Source of the DNA: Eledone cirrhosa
Taxonomy: Eukaryota
Reading direction: 5' to 3'
NCBI GenBank assembly: GCA_964016885.1
Contig: OZ024744.1
Span: 134,354,001 to 134,418,000, forward strand
Length of the DNA stretch: 64,000 nucleotides
Both the position numbers and the translations under genes were made by a program. Shown piece by piece: positions 1-12,749 of this stretch. Positions within the stretch are counted from its first letter, which is position 1; each line of letters opens with the position of its first letter. The notes under the pieces are model-generated. The model did no database searches. It was not told the origin of the DNA and was given only the letters and a program-made list of their open reading frames with translations.

Positions 1-1289
1 TAAGTTGGGGTTAAGTTAAGTTGGGGTTAATTTAAGTTGGGGTTTATTTAAGTTGGGGTTACGTTAAGTTGGTGTTAAGTTAAGTTGGGGTTAATTTAAG
101 TTGGGGTTAATTAAGTTGGGGTTAAGTTAAGTTGGGGTTAAGTTAAGTTGGGGTTAATTTAAGTTGGGGTTGAGTTAAGTTGGGGTTAAGTTAAGTTGGG
201 GTTATATTAAGTTGGGGTTAAGTTAAGTTGGGGTTCAGTTAAGTTGGGTATAAGTTAAGTTGGGGTTAAGTTAAGTTGGGGTTAAGTTAAGTTGGGGTTA
301 AGTTAAGTTGGTGTTAAGTTAAGTTGGGGCTAAGTTAAGTTGGGGCTGAGTTAAGTTGGGGCTGAGTTAAGTTGGGGTTAAGTTAAGTTGGGGTCAAGTT
401 AAGTTGGGGTTAAGTTGGGGTTAAGTTAAGTTAGGTTTAAGTTAAGATGGGGTTAAGTTAAGTTGGGGTTAAGTTAAGTTTGGGTTAAGTTAATTTGTGG
501 TTAAGTTAAGTTGGGGTTAAGTTAAGTTGGGGTTAAGTTAAGTTGGGGTTAAGTTAAGTCGGGGTTAAGTTAAGTTGGGGTTAAGTTAAGTTGGGGTTAA
601 TTTAAGTTGGGGTTAAGTTAAGTTGGGGTCAAGTTAAGTTGGGGTTAAGTTGGGGTTAAGTTAAGTTAGGTTTAAGTTAAGTTGGGGTTAAGTTAAGTTG
701 GGGTTAAGTTAAGTTGGGGTTAAGTTAAGTTGGGGTTAAGTTAAGTTGGGGTTAAGTTAAGTTGGGGTTAAGTTAAGTTGGGGTTAAGTTAAGTCGGGGT
801 TAAGTTAAGTTGGGGTTAAGTTAAGTTGGGGTTAATTTAAGTTGGGGTTAAGTTAAGTTGGGGTTAAGTTAAGTTGGGGTTAAATTAAGTTGGGGTTAAG
901 TTAAGTTGGGGTTAAGTCAAGTTGGGGTTAAGTTAAGTTGGGGATAAGTTAAGTTGGGTATAAGTTAAGTTGGGGTTAAGTTAAGTTGGGTATAAGTTAA
1001 GTTGGGGTCAAGTTAAGTTGGGGTTAAGTTGGGGTTAAGTTAAGTTAGGTTTAAGTTAAGTTGGGGTTAAGTTAAGTTGGGGTTAAGTTAAGTTGGGGTT
1101 AAGTTAAGTTGGGGTTAAGTTAAGTTGGGGATAAGTTAAGTTGGGTATAAGTTAAGTTGGGGTCAAGTTAAGTTGGGGTTAAGTTGGGGTTAAGTTAAGT
1201 TAGGTTTAAGTTAAGTTGGGGTTAAGTTAAGTTGGGGTTAAGTTAAGTTGGGGTTAAGTTAAGTTGGGGTTAAGTTAAGTTGGGGTTAA

Positions 1290-4200
1290 GTTAATTTGTG
1301 GTTAAGTTAAGTTGGGGTTAAGTTAAGTTGGGGTTAAGTTAAGTTGGGGTTAAGTTAAGTCGGGGTTAAGTTAAGTTGGGGTTAAGTTAAGTTGGGGTTA
1401 ATTTAAGTTGGGGTTAAGTTAAGTTGGGGTTAAGTTAAGTTGGGGTTAAATTAAGTTGGGGTTAAGTTAAGTTGGGGTTAAGTCAAGTTGGGGTTAAGTT
1501 AAGTTGGGGATAAGTTAAGTTGGGGATAATTTAAGTTGGGGTTAAGTTGGGTTTAAGTTAAGTTGGGGTTAAGTTAAGTTGGGGTTAAGTTAAGTTGGGG
1601 TTAAGTTAAGTTGGGGTTAAGTTAAGTTGGGGTTAAGTTAAGTTGGGGCTAAGTTAAGTTGGGGCTGAGTTAAGTTGGGGTTAAGTTAAGTTGGGCTTAA
1701 TTTAAGTCGGGGTTAAGTTAAGTTAGGGTTCAGTTAAGTTGGGGTTAAGTTAAGTTGGGGTTAAGTTAAGTTGGGGTTAAGTTAAGTCGGGGTTAAGTTA
1801 AGTTGGGGTTAAGTTAAGTTGGGGTTAAGTTAAGTCGGGGTTAAGTTAAGTTGGGGTTAAGTTAAGTTGGGGTTAATTTAAGTTGGGGTTAAGTTAAGTT
1901 GGGGTTAAGTTAAGTTGGGGTTAAGTTAAGATGGGGTTAATTTAAGTTGGGGTTAAGTTAAGTTGGGGTTAAATTAAGTTGGGGTTAAGTTAAGTTGGGG
2001 TTAAGTCAAGTTGGGGTTAAGTTAAGTTGGGGATAAGTTAAGTTGGGGATAATTTAAGTTGGGTTTAAGTTAAGTTGGGGTTAAGTTGAGTTGGGGTTAA
2101 GTTAAGTTGGGGTTAAGTTAAGTTGGGGTTAATTTAAGTTGGGGCTAAGTTAAGTTGGGACTGAGTTAAGTTGGGGTTAAGTTAAGTTGGGGTTAAGTTA
2201 AGTTGGGGTTAAGTTAAGTTGGAGTTTATTTAAGTTGGGGTTAAGTTAAGTTGGGGTTCAGTTAAGTTGGGGTTAAGTTAAGTTGGGGTTAAGATGGGGT
2301 TAAATTAAGTTGGGGTTAAGTTAAGTTGGGGTTAAGTTAAGTTGGGGTTAAGTTAAGTCGGGGTTAAGTTAAGTCGGGGTTAAGTTAAGTTAGGGTTCAG
2401 TTAAGTTGGGGTTAAGTTAAGTTGGGGTTGAGTTAAGTTGGGGTTGAGTTAAATTGGGGTTGAGTTAAGTTGGGGTTGAGTTAAGTTGGTGTTGAGTTAA
2501 GTTGGGGTTAAGTTAAGTTGGGGTTAAGTTAATTTGTGGTTAAGTTAAGTTGGGGTTAAGTTAAGTTGGGGTTAAGTTAAGTTGGGGTTAAGTTAAGTTG
2601 GGGTTAAGTTAAGTTGGGGTTAAGTTAATTTGTGGTTAAGTTAAGTTGGGGTTAAGTTAAGTTGGGGTTAAGTTAAGTTGGGGTTAAGTTAAGTCGGGGT
2701 TAAGTTAAGTTGGGGTTAAGTTAAGTTGGGGTTAATTTAAGTTGGGGTTAAGTTAAGTTGGGGTTAAGTTAAGTTGGGGTTAAATTAAGTTGGGGTTAAG
2801 TTAAGTTGGGGTTAAGTCAAGTTGGGGTTAAGTTAAGTTGGGGATAAGTTAAGTTGGGGATAATTTAAGTTGGGGTTAAGTTAAGTTGGGTTTAAGTTAA
2901 GTTGGGGTTAATTTAAGTTGGGGTTAAGTTAAGTTGGGGTTAAGTTAAGTTGGGGTTAAGTTAAGTTGGGGTTAAGTTAAGTTGGGGCTAAGTTAAGTTG
3001 GGGCTGAGTTAAGTTGGGGTTAAGTAAAGTTGGGCTTAATTTAAGTCGGGGTTAAGTTAAGTTAGGGTTCAGTTAAGTTGGGGTTAAGTTAAGTTGGGGT
3101 TAAGTTAAGTTGGGGTTAAGTTAAGTCGGGGTTAAGTTAAGTTGGGGTTAAGTTAAGTTGGGGTTAAGTTAAGTCGGGGTTAAGTTAAGTTGGGGTTAAG
3201 TTAAGTTGGGGTTAATTTAAGTTGGGGTTAAGTTAAGTTGGGGTTAAGTTAAGTTGGGGTTAAGTTAAGATGGGGTTAATTTAAGTTGGGGTTAAGTTAA
3301 GTTGAGGTTAAGTTAAGTTGGGGTTAAATTAAGTTGGGGTTAAGTTAAGTTGGGGTTAAGTCAAGTTGGGGTTAAGTTAAGTTGGGGATAAGTTAAGTTG
3401 GGGATAATTTAAGTTGGGTTTAAGTTAAGTTGGGGTTAAGTTGAGTTGGGGTTAAGTTAAGTTGGGGTTAAGTTAAGTTGGGGTTAATTTAAGTTGGGGC
3501 TAAGTTAAGTTGGGACTGAGTTAAGTTGGGGTTAAGTTAAGTTGGGGTTAAGTTAAGTTGGGGTTAAGTTAAGTTGGAGTTTATTTAAGTTGGGGTTAAG
3601 TTAAGTTGGGGTTAAGATGGGGTTAAATTAAGTTGGGGTTAAGTTAAGTTGGGGTTAAGTTAAGTTGGGGTTAAGTTAAGTTGGGGTTAAGTTAAGTCGG
3701 GGTTAAGTTAAGTCGGGGTTAAGTTAAGTTAGGGTTCAGTTAAGTTGGGGTTAAGTTAAGTTGGGGTTAAGTTAAGTTGGGGTTGAGTTAAATTGGGGTT
3801 GAGTTAAGTTGGGGTTGAGATAAGTTGGTGTTGAGTTAAGTTGGGGTTAAGTTAAGTTGGGGTTAAGTTAATTTGTGGTTAAGTTAAGTTGGGGTTAAGT
3901 TAAGTTGGGGTTAAGTTAAGTTGGGGTTAAGTTAAGTCGGGGTTAAGTTAAGTTGGGGTTGAGTTAAGTTGGGGTTAATTTAAGTTGGGGTTAAGTTAAG
4001 TTGGGGTTAAGTTAAGTTGGGGTTAAGTTAAGTTGGGGTTAAGTTAAGTTGGGGTTAAGTTAAGTTGAGGTTAAGTTAAGTTGGGGTTAAATTAAGTTGG
4101 GGTTAAGTTAAGTTGGGGTTAAGTTAAGTTGGGGTTAAGTTAAGTTGGGGATAAGTTAAGTTGGGGATAATTTAAGTTGGGGTTAAGTTAAGTTGGGTTT

Positions 4201-7200
4201 AAGTTAAGTTGGGGTTAAGTTAAGTTGGGGATAAGTTAAGTTGGGGTTAAGTTAAGTTGGGGTTAAGTTAAGTTGGGGTTAAGTTGGGGCTAAGTTAAGT
4301 TGGGGCTGAGTTAAGTTGGGGTTAAGTTAAGTTGGGGTTAAGTTAAGTTGGGGTTAATTTAAGTTGGGGTTTATTTAAGTTGGGGTTACGTTAAGTTGGT
4401 GTTAAGTTAAGTTGGGGTTAATTTAAGTTGGGGTTAATTAAGTTGGGGTTAAGTTAAGTTGGGGTTAAGTTAAGTTGGGGTTAATTTAAGTTGGGGTTGA
4501 GTTAAGTTGGGGTTAAGTTAAGTTGGGGTTATATTAAGTTGGGGTTAAGTTAAGTTGGGGTTCAGTTAAGTTGGGTATAAGTTAAGTTGGGGTTAAGTTA
4601 AGTTGGGGTTAAGTTAAGTTGGGGTTAAGTTAAGTTGGTGTTAAGTTAAGTTGGGGCTAAGTTAAGTTGGGGCTGAGTTAAGTTGGGGCTGAGTTAAGTT
4701 GGGGTTAAGTTAAGTTGGGGTCAAGTTAAGTTGGGGTTAAGTTGGGGTTAAGTTAAGTTAGGTTTAAGTTAAGATGGGGTTAAGTTAAGTTGGGGTTAAG
4801 TTAAGTTGGGGTTAAGTTAATTTGTGGTTAAGTTAAGTTGGGGTTAAGTTAAGTTGGGGTTAAGTTAAGTTGGGGTTAAGTTAAGTCGGGGTTAAGTTAA
4901 GTTGGGGTTAAGTTAAGTTGGGGTTAATTTAAGTTGGGGTTAAGTTAAGTTGGGGTCAAGTTAAGTTGGGGTTAAGTTGGGGTTAAGTTAAGTTAGGTTT
5001 AAGTTAAGTTGGGGTTAAGTTAAGTTGGGGTTAAGTTAAGTTGGGGTTAAGTTAAGTTGGAGTTTATTTAAGTTGGGGTTAAGTTAAGTTGGGGTTAAGA
5101 TGGGGTTAAATTAAGTTGGGGTTAAGTTAAGTTGGGGTTAAGTTAAGTTGGGGTTAAGTTAAGTTGGGGTTAAGTTAAGTCGGGGTTAAGTTAAGTCGGG
5201 GTTAAGTTAAGTTAGGGTTCAGTTAAGTTGGGGTTAAGTTAAGTTGGGGTTAAGTTAAGTTGGGGTTGAGTTAAATTGGGGTTGAGTTAAGTTGGGGTTG
5301 AGATAAGTTGGTGTTGAGTTAAGTTGGGGTTAAGTTAAGTTGGGGTTAAGTTAATTTGTGGTTAAGTTAAGTTGGGGTTAAGTTAAGTTGGGGTTAAGTT
5401 AAGTTGGGGTTAAGTTAAGTCGGGGTTAAGTTAAGTTGGGGTTGAGTTAAGTTGGGGTTAATTTAAGTTGGGGTTAAGTTAAGTTGGGGTTAAGTTAAGT
5501 TGGGGTTAAGTTAAGTTGGGGTTAAGTTAAGTTGGGGTTAAGTTAAGTTGAGGTTAAGTTAAGTTGGGGTTAAATTAAGTTGGGGTTAAGTTAAGTTGGG
5601 GTTAAGTTAAGTTGGGGTTAAGTTAAGTTGGGGATAAGTTAAGTTGGGGATAATTTAAGTTGGGGTTAAGTTAAGTTGGGTTTAAGTTAAGTTGGGGTTA
5701 AGTTAAGTTGGGGATAAGTTAAGTTGGGGTTAAGTTAAGTTGGGGTTAAGTTAAGTTGGGGTTAAGTTGGTGCTAAGTTAAGTTGGGGCTGAGTTAAGTT
5801 GGGGTTAAGTTAAGTTGGGGTTAAGTTAAGTTGGGGTTAATTTAAGTTGGGGTTTATTTAAGTTGGGGTTACGTTAAGTTGGTGTTAAGTTAAGTTGGGG
5901 TTAATTTAAGTTGGGGTTAATTAAGTTGGGGTTAAGTTAAGTTGGGGTTAAGTTAAGTTGGGGTTAATTTAAGTTGGGGTTGAGTTAAGTTGGGGTTAAG
6001 TTAAGTTGGGGTTATATTAAGTTGGGGTTAAGTTAAGTTGGGGTTCAGTTAAGTTGGGTATAAGTTAAGTTGGGGTTAAGTTAAGTTGGGGTTAAGTTAA
6101 GTTGGGGTTAAGTTAAGTTGGTGTTAAGTTAAGTTGGGGCTAAGTTAAGTTGGGGCTGAGTTAAGTTGGGGCTGAGTTAAGTTGGGGTTAAGTTAAGTTG
6201 GGGTCAAGTTAAGTTGGGGTTAAGTTGGGGTTAAGTTAAGTTAGGTTTAAGTTAAGATGGGGTTAAGTTAAGTTGGGGTTAAGTTAAGTTGGGGTTAAGT
6301 TAATTTGTGGTTAAGTTAAGTTGGGGTTAAGTTAAGTTGGGGTTAAGTTAAGTTGGGGTTAAGTTAAGTCGGGGTTAAGTTAAGTTGGGGTTAAGTTAAG
6401 TTGGGGTTAATTTAAGTTGGGGTTAAGTTAAGTTGGGGTCAAGTTAAGTTGGAGTTAAGTTGGGGTTAAGTTAAGTTAGGTTTAAGTTAAGTTGGGGTTA
6501 AGTTAAGGTGGGGTTAAGTTAAGTTGGGGTTAAGTTAAGTTGGGGTTAAGTTAAGTTGGGGTTAAGTTAATTTGTGGTTAAGTTAAGTTGGGGTTAAGTT
6601 AAGTTGGGGTTAAGTTAAGTTGGGGTTAAGTTAAGTCGGGGTTAAGTTAAGTTGGGGTTAAGTTAAGTTGGGGTTAATTTAAGTTGGGGTTAAGTTAAGT
6701 TGGGGTTAAGTTAAGTTGGGGTTAAATTAAGTTGGGGTTAAGTTAAGTTGGGGTTAAGTCAAGTTGGGGTTAAGTTAAGTTGGGGATAAGTTAAGTTGGG
6801 GATAATTTAAGTTGGGGTTAAGTTAAGTTGGGTTTAAGTTAAGTTGGGGTTAAGTTAAGTTGGGGTTAAGTTAAGTTGGGGTTAAGTTAAGTTGGGGTTA
6901 AGTTAAGTTGGGGTTAAGTTAATTTGTGGTTAAGTTAAGTTGGGGTTAAGTTAAGTTGGGGTTAAGTTAAGTTGGGGTTAAGTTAAGTCGGGGTTAAGTT
7001 AAGTTGGGGTTAAGTTAAGTTGGGGTTAATTTAAGTTGGGGTTAAGTTAAGTTGGGGTTAAGTTAAGTTGGGGTTAAATTAAGTTGGGGTTAAGTTAAGT
7101 TGGGGTTAAGTCAAGTTGGGGTTAAGTTAAGTTGGGGATAAGTTAAGTTGGGGATAATTTAAGTTGGGGTTAAGTTAAGTTGGGTTTAAGTTAAGTTGGG

Positions 7201-10200
7201 GTTAAGTTAAGTTGGGGTTAAGTTAAGTTGGGGTTAAGTTAAGTTGGGGTTAAGTTAAGTTGGGGTTAAGTTAAGTTGGGGCTAAGTTAAGTTGGGGCTG
7301 AGTTAAGTTGGGGTTAAGTTAAGTTGGGCTTAATTTAAGTCGGGGTTAAGTTAAGTTAGGGTTCAGTTAAGTTGGGGTTAAGTTAAGTTGGGGTTAAGTT
7401 AAGTTGGGGTTAAGTTAAGTCGGGGTTAAGTTAAGTTGGGGTTAAGTTAAGTTGGGGTTAAGTTAAGTCGGGGTTAAGTTAAGTTGGGGTTAAGTTAAGT
7501 TGGGGTTAATTTAAGTTGGGGTTAAGTTAAGTTGGGGTTAAGTTAAGTTGGGGTTAAGTTAAGATGGGGTTAATTTAAGTTGGGGTTAAGTTAAGTTGGG
7601 GTTAAATTAAGTTGGGGTTAAGTTAAGTTGGGGTTAAGTCAAGTTGGGGTTAAGTTAAGTTGGGGATAAGTTAAGTTGGGGATAATTTAAGTTGGGTTTA
7701 AGTTAAGTTGGGGTTAAGTTGAGTTGGGGTTAAGTTAAGTTGGGGTTAAGTTAAGTTGGGGTTAATTTAAGTTGGGGCTAAGTTAAGTTGGGACTGAGTT
7801 AAGTTGGGGTTAAGTTAAGTTGGGGTTAAGTTAAGTTGGGGTTAAGTTAAGTTGGAGTTTATTTAAGTTGGGGTTAAGTTAAGTTGGGGTTCAGTTAAGT
7901 TGGGGTTAAGTTAAGTTGGGGTTAAGATGGGGTTAAATTAAGTTGGGGTTAAGTTAAGTTGGGGTTAAGTTAAGTTGGGGTTAAGTTAAGTCGGGGTTAA
8001 GTTAAGTCGGGGTTAAGTTAAGTTAGGGTTCAGTTAAGTTGGGGTTAAGTTAAGTTGGGGTTGAGTTAAGTTGGGGTTGAGTTAAATTGGGGTTGAGTTA
8101 AGTTGGGGTTGAGTTAAGTTGGTGTTGAGTTAAGTTGGGGTTAAGTTAAGTTGGGGTTAAGTTAATTTGTGGTTAAGTTAAGTTGGGGTTAAGTTAAGTT
8201 GGGGTTAAGTTAAGTTGGGGTTAAGTTAAGTTGGGGTTAAGTTAAGTTGGGGTTAAGTTAATTTGTGGTTAAGTTAAGTTGGGGTTAAGTTAAGTTGGGG
8301 TTAAGTTAAGTTGGGGTTAAGTTATGTCGGGGTTAAGTTAAGTTGGGGTTAAGTTAAGTTGGGGTTAATTTAAGTTGGGGTTAAGTTAAGTTGGGGTTAA
8401 GTTAAGTTGGGGTTAAATTAAGTTGGGGATAAGTTAAGTTGGGGATAATTTAAGTTGGGGTTAAGTTAAGTTGGGTTTAAGTTAAGTTGGGGTTAATTTA
8501 AGTTGGGGTTAAGTTAAGTTGGGGTTAAGTTAAGTTGGGGTTAAGTTAAGTTGGGGTTAAGTTAAGTTGGGGCTAAGTTAAGTTGGGGCTGAGTTAAGTT
8601 GGGGTTAAGTAAAGTTGGGCTTAATTTAAGTCGGGGTTAAGTTAAGTTAGGGTTCAGTTAAGTTGGGGTTAAGTTAAGTTGGGGTTAAGTTAAGTTGGGG
8701 TTAAGTTAAGTCGGGGTTAAGTTAAGTTGGGGTTAAGTTAAGTTGGGGTTAAGTTAAGTCGGGGTTAAGTTAAGTTGGGGTTAAGTTAAGTTGGGGTTAA
8801 TTTAAGTTGGGGTTAAGTTAAGTTGGGGTTAAGTTAAGTTGGGGTTAAGTTAAGATGGGGTTAATTTAAGTTGGGGTTAAGTTAAGTTGAGGTTAAGTTA
8901 AGTTGGGGTTAAATTAAGTTGGGGTTAAGTTAAGTTGGGGTTAAGTCAAGTTGGGGTTAAGTTAAGTTGGGGATAAGTTAAGTTGGGGATAATTTAAGTT
9001 GGGTTTAAGTTAAGTTGGGGTTAAGTTGAGTTGGGGTTAAGTTAAGTTGGGGTTAAGTTAAGTTGGGGTTAATTTAAGTTGGGGCTAAGTTAAGTTGGGA
9101 CTGAGTTAAGTTGGGGTTAAGTTAAGTTGGGGTTAAGTTAAGTTGGGGTTAAGTTAAGTTGGAGTTTATTTAAGTTGGGGTTAAGTTAAGTTGGGGTTAA
9201 GATGGGGTTAAATTAAGTTGGGGTTAAGTTAAGTTGGGGTTAAGTTAAGTTGGGGTTAAGTTAAGTTGGGGTTAAGTTAAGTCGGGGTTAAGTTAAGTCG
9301 GGGTTAAGTTAAGTTAGGGTTCAGTTAAGTTGGGGTTAAGTTAAGTTGGGGTTAAGTTAAGTTGGGGTTGAGTTAAATTGGGGTTGAGTTAAGTTGGGGT
9401 TGAGATAAGTTGGTGTTGAGTTAAGTTGGGGTTAAGTTAAGTTGGGGTTAAGTTAATTTGTGGTTAAGTTAAGTTGGGGTTAAGTTAAGTTGGGGTTAAG
9501 TTAAGTTGGGGTTAAGTTAAGTCGGGGTTAAGTTAAGTTGGGGTTGAGTTAAGTTGGGGTTAATTTAAGTTGGGGTTAAGTTAAGTTGGGGTTAAGTTAA
9601 GTTGGGGTTAAGTTAAGTTGGGGTTAAGTTAAGTTGGGGTTAAGTTAAGTTGAGGTTAAGTTAAGTTGGGGTTAAATTAAGTTGGGGTTAAGTTAAGTTG
9701 GGGTTAAGTTAAGTTGGGGTTAAGTTAAGTTGGGGATAAGTTAAGTTGGGGATAATTTAAGTTGGGGTTAAGTTAAGTTGGGTTTAAGTTAAGTTGGGGT
9801 TAAGTTAAGTTGGGGATAAGTTAAGTTGGGGTTAAGTTAAGTTGGGGTTAAGTTAAGTTGGGGTTAAGTTGGGGCTAAGTTAAGTTGGGGCTGAGTTAAG
9901 TTGGGGTTAAGTTAAGTTGGGGTTAAGTTAAGTTGGGGTTAATTTAAGTTGGGGTTTATTTAAGTTGGGGTTACGTTAAGTTGGTGTTAAGTTAAGTTGG
10001 GGTTAATTTAAGTTGGGGTTAATTAAGTTGGGGTTAAGTTAAGTTGGGGTTAAGTTAAGTTGGGGTTAATTTAAGTTGGGGTTGAGTTAAGTTGGGGTTA
10101 AGTTAAGTTGGGGTTATATTAAGTTGGGGTTAAGTTAAGTTGGGGTTCAGTTAAGTTGGGTATAAGTTAAGTTGGGGTTAAGTTAAGTTGGGGTTAAGTT

Positions 10201-12480
10201 AAGTTGGGGTTAAGTTAAGTTGGTGTTAAGTTAAGTTGGGGCTAAGTTAAGTTGGGGCTGAGTTAAGTTGGGGCTGAGTTAAGTTGGGGTTAAGTTAAGT
10301 TGGGGTCAAGTTAAGTTGGGGTTAAGTTGGGGTTAAGTTAAGTTAGGTTTAAGTTAAGATGGGGTTAAGTTAAGTTGGGGTTAAGTTAAGTTGGGGTTAA
10401 GTTAATTTGTGGTTAAGTTAAGTTGGGGTTAAGTTAAGTTGGGGTTAAGTTAAGTTGGGGTTAAGTTAAGTCGGGGTTAAGTTAAGTTGGGGTTAAGTTA
10501 AGTTGGGGTTAATTTAAGTTGGGGTTAAGTTAAGTTGGGGTCAAGTTAAGTTGGGGTTAAGTTGGGGTTAAGTTAAGTTAGGTTTAAGTTAAGTTGGGGT
10601 TAAGTTAAGTTGGGGTTAAGTTAAGTTGGGGTTAAGTTAAGTTGGAGTTTATTTAAGTTGGGGTTAAGTTAAGTTGGGGTTAAGATGGGGTTAAATTAAG
10701 TTGGGGTTAAGTTAAGTTGGGGTTAAGTTAAGTTGGGGTTAAGTTAAGTTGGGGTTAAGTTAAGTCGGGGTTAAGTTAAGTCGGGGTTAAGTTAAGTTAG
10801 GGTTCAGTTAAGTTGGGGTTAAGTTAAGTTGGGGTTAAGTTAAGTTGGGGTTGAGTTAAATTGGGGTTGAGTTAAGTTGGGGTTGAGATAAGTTGGTGTT
10901 GAGTTAAGTTGGGGTTAAGTTAAGTTGGGGTTAAGTTAATTTGTGGTTAAGTTAAGTTGGGGTTAAGTTAAGTTGGGGTTAAGTTAAGTTGGGGTTAAGT
11001 TAAGTCGGGGTTAAGTTAAGTTGGGGTTGAGTTAAGTTGGGGTTAATTTAAGTTGGGGTTAAGTTAAGTTGGGGTTAAGTTAAGTTGGGGTTAAGTTAAG
11101 TTGGGGTTAAGTTAAGTTGGGGTTAAGTTAAGTTGAGGTTAAGTTAAGTTGGGGTTAAATTAAGTTGGGGTTAAGTTAAGTTGGGGTTAAGTTAAGTTGG
11201 GGTTAAGTTAAGTTGGGGATAAGTTAAGTTGGGGATAATTTAAGTTGGGGTTAAGTTAAGTTGGGTTTAAGTTAAGTTGGGGTTAAGTTAAGTTGGGGAT
11301 AAGTTAAGTTGGGGTTAAGTTAAGTTGGGGTTAAGTTAAGTTGGGGTTAAGTTGGTGCTAAGTTAAGTTGGGGCTGAGTTAAGTTGGGGTTAAGTTAAGT
11401 TGGGGTTAAGTTAAGTTGGGGTTAATTTAAGTTGGGGTTTATTTAAGTTGGGGTTACGTTAAGTTGGTGTTAAGTTAAGTTGGGGTTAATTTAAGTTGGG
11501 GTTAATTAAGTTGGGGTTAAGTTAAGTTGGGGTTAAGTTAAGTTGGGGTTAATTTAAGTTGGGGTTGAGTTAAGTTGGGGTTAAGTTAAGTTGGGGTTAT
11601 ATTAAGTTGGGGTTAAGTTAAGTTGGGGTTCAGTTAAGTTGGGTATAAGTTAAGTTGGGGTTAAGTTAAGTTGGGGTTAAGTTAAGTTGGGGTTAAGTTA
11701 AGTTGGTGTTAAGTTAAGTTGGGGCTAAGTTAAGTTGGGGCTGAGTTAAGTTGGGGCTGAGTTAAGTTGGGGTTAAGTTAAGTTGGGGTCAAGTTAAGTT
11801 GGGGTTAAGTTGGGGTTAAGTTAAGTTAGGTTTAAGTTAAGATGGGGTTAAGTTAAGTTGGGGTTAAGTTAAGTTGGGGTTAAGTTAATTTGTGGTTAAG
11901 TTAAGTTGGGGTTAAGTTAAGTTGGGGTTAAGTTAAGTTGGGGTTAAGTTAAGTCGGGGTTAAGTTAAGTTGGGGTTAAGTTAAGTTGGGGTTAATTTAA
12001 GTTGGGGTTAAGTTAAGTTGGGGTCAAGTTAAGTTGGGGTTAAGTTGGGGTTAAGTTAAGTTAGGTTTAAGTTAAGTTGGGGTTAAGTTAAGGTGGGGTT
12101 AAGTTAAGTTGGGGTTAAGTTAAGTTGGGGTTAAGTTAAGTTGGGGTTAAGTTAATTTGTGGTTAAGTTAAGTTGGGGTTAAGTTAAGTTGGGGTTAAGT
12201 TAAGTTGGGGTTAAGTTAAGTCGGGGTTAAGTTAAGTTGGGGTTAAGTTAAGTTGGGGTTAATTTAAGTTGGGGTTAAGTTAAGTTGGGGTTAAGTTAAG
12301 TTGGGGTTAAATTAAGTTGGGGTTAAGTTAAGTTGGGGTTAAGTCAAGTTGGGGTTAAGTTAAGTTGGGGATAAGTTAAGTTGGGGATAATTTAAGTTGG
12401 GGTTAAGTTAAGTTGGGTTTAAGTTAAGTTGGGGTTAAGTTAAGTTGGGGTTAAGTTAAGTTGGGGTTAAGTTAAGTTGG
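1290..12480 (+). repeat. Tandem duplication of a ~5.6-kb block (about 1.3-6.9 kb and 6.9-12.5 kb)
   Basis: Offset 5,585 at ACGT 4388/9973 and 5871/11456, GGTGCT 5771/11356, AAGGTGGGG 6507/12092 and GGGACTG 3515/9100. The offset is 5,633 upstream (2160/7793) because the second copy lacks three monomers near 8420. Boundaries approximate. Confidence 0.85.
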
Positions 12481-12749
12481 GGTTAAGTTAAGTTGGGGTT
12501 AAGTTAAGTCGGGGTTAAGTTAAGTTGGGGTTAAGTTAAGTTGGGGTTAATTTAAGTTGGGGTTAAGTTAAGTTGGGGTCAAGTTAAGTTGGGGTTAAGT
12601 TGGGGTTAAGTTAAGTTAGGTTTAAGTTAAGTTGGGGTTAAGTTAAGTTGGGGTTAAGTTAAGTTTGGGTTAAGTTAAGTTGGGGTTAAGTTAAGTTGGG
12701 GTTAAGTTAATTTGTGGTTAAGTTAAGTTGGGGTTAAGTTAAGTTGGGG

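Noticed and set aside
195-260. TATA/-10-like words (TTATATT, GGGTATAAG, GGATAAT) as promoters
   Set aside because: They are one- or two-base variants of the AT-rich monomer, with no downstream transcribable unique sequence.
1720-1735. TTAGGG and TTAGG canonical telomere words (TTAGGGTTC, TTAGGTTT variants)
   Set aside because: These are isolated substitution variants of TTGGGG and never tandem, so they are not canonical telomere tracts.
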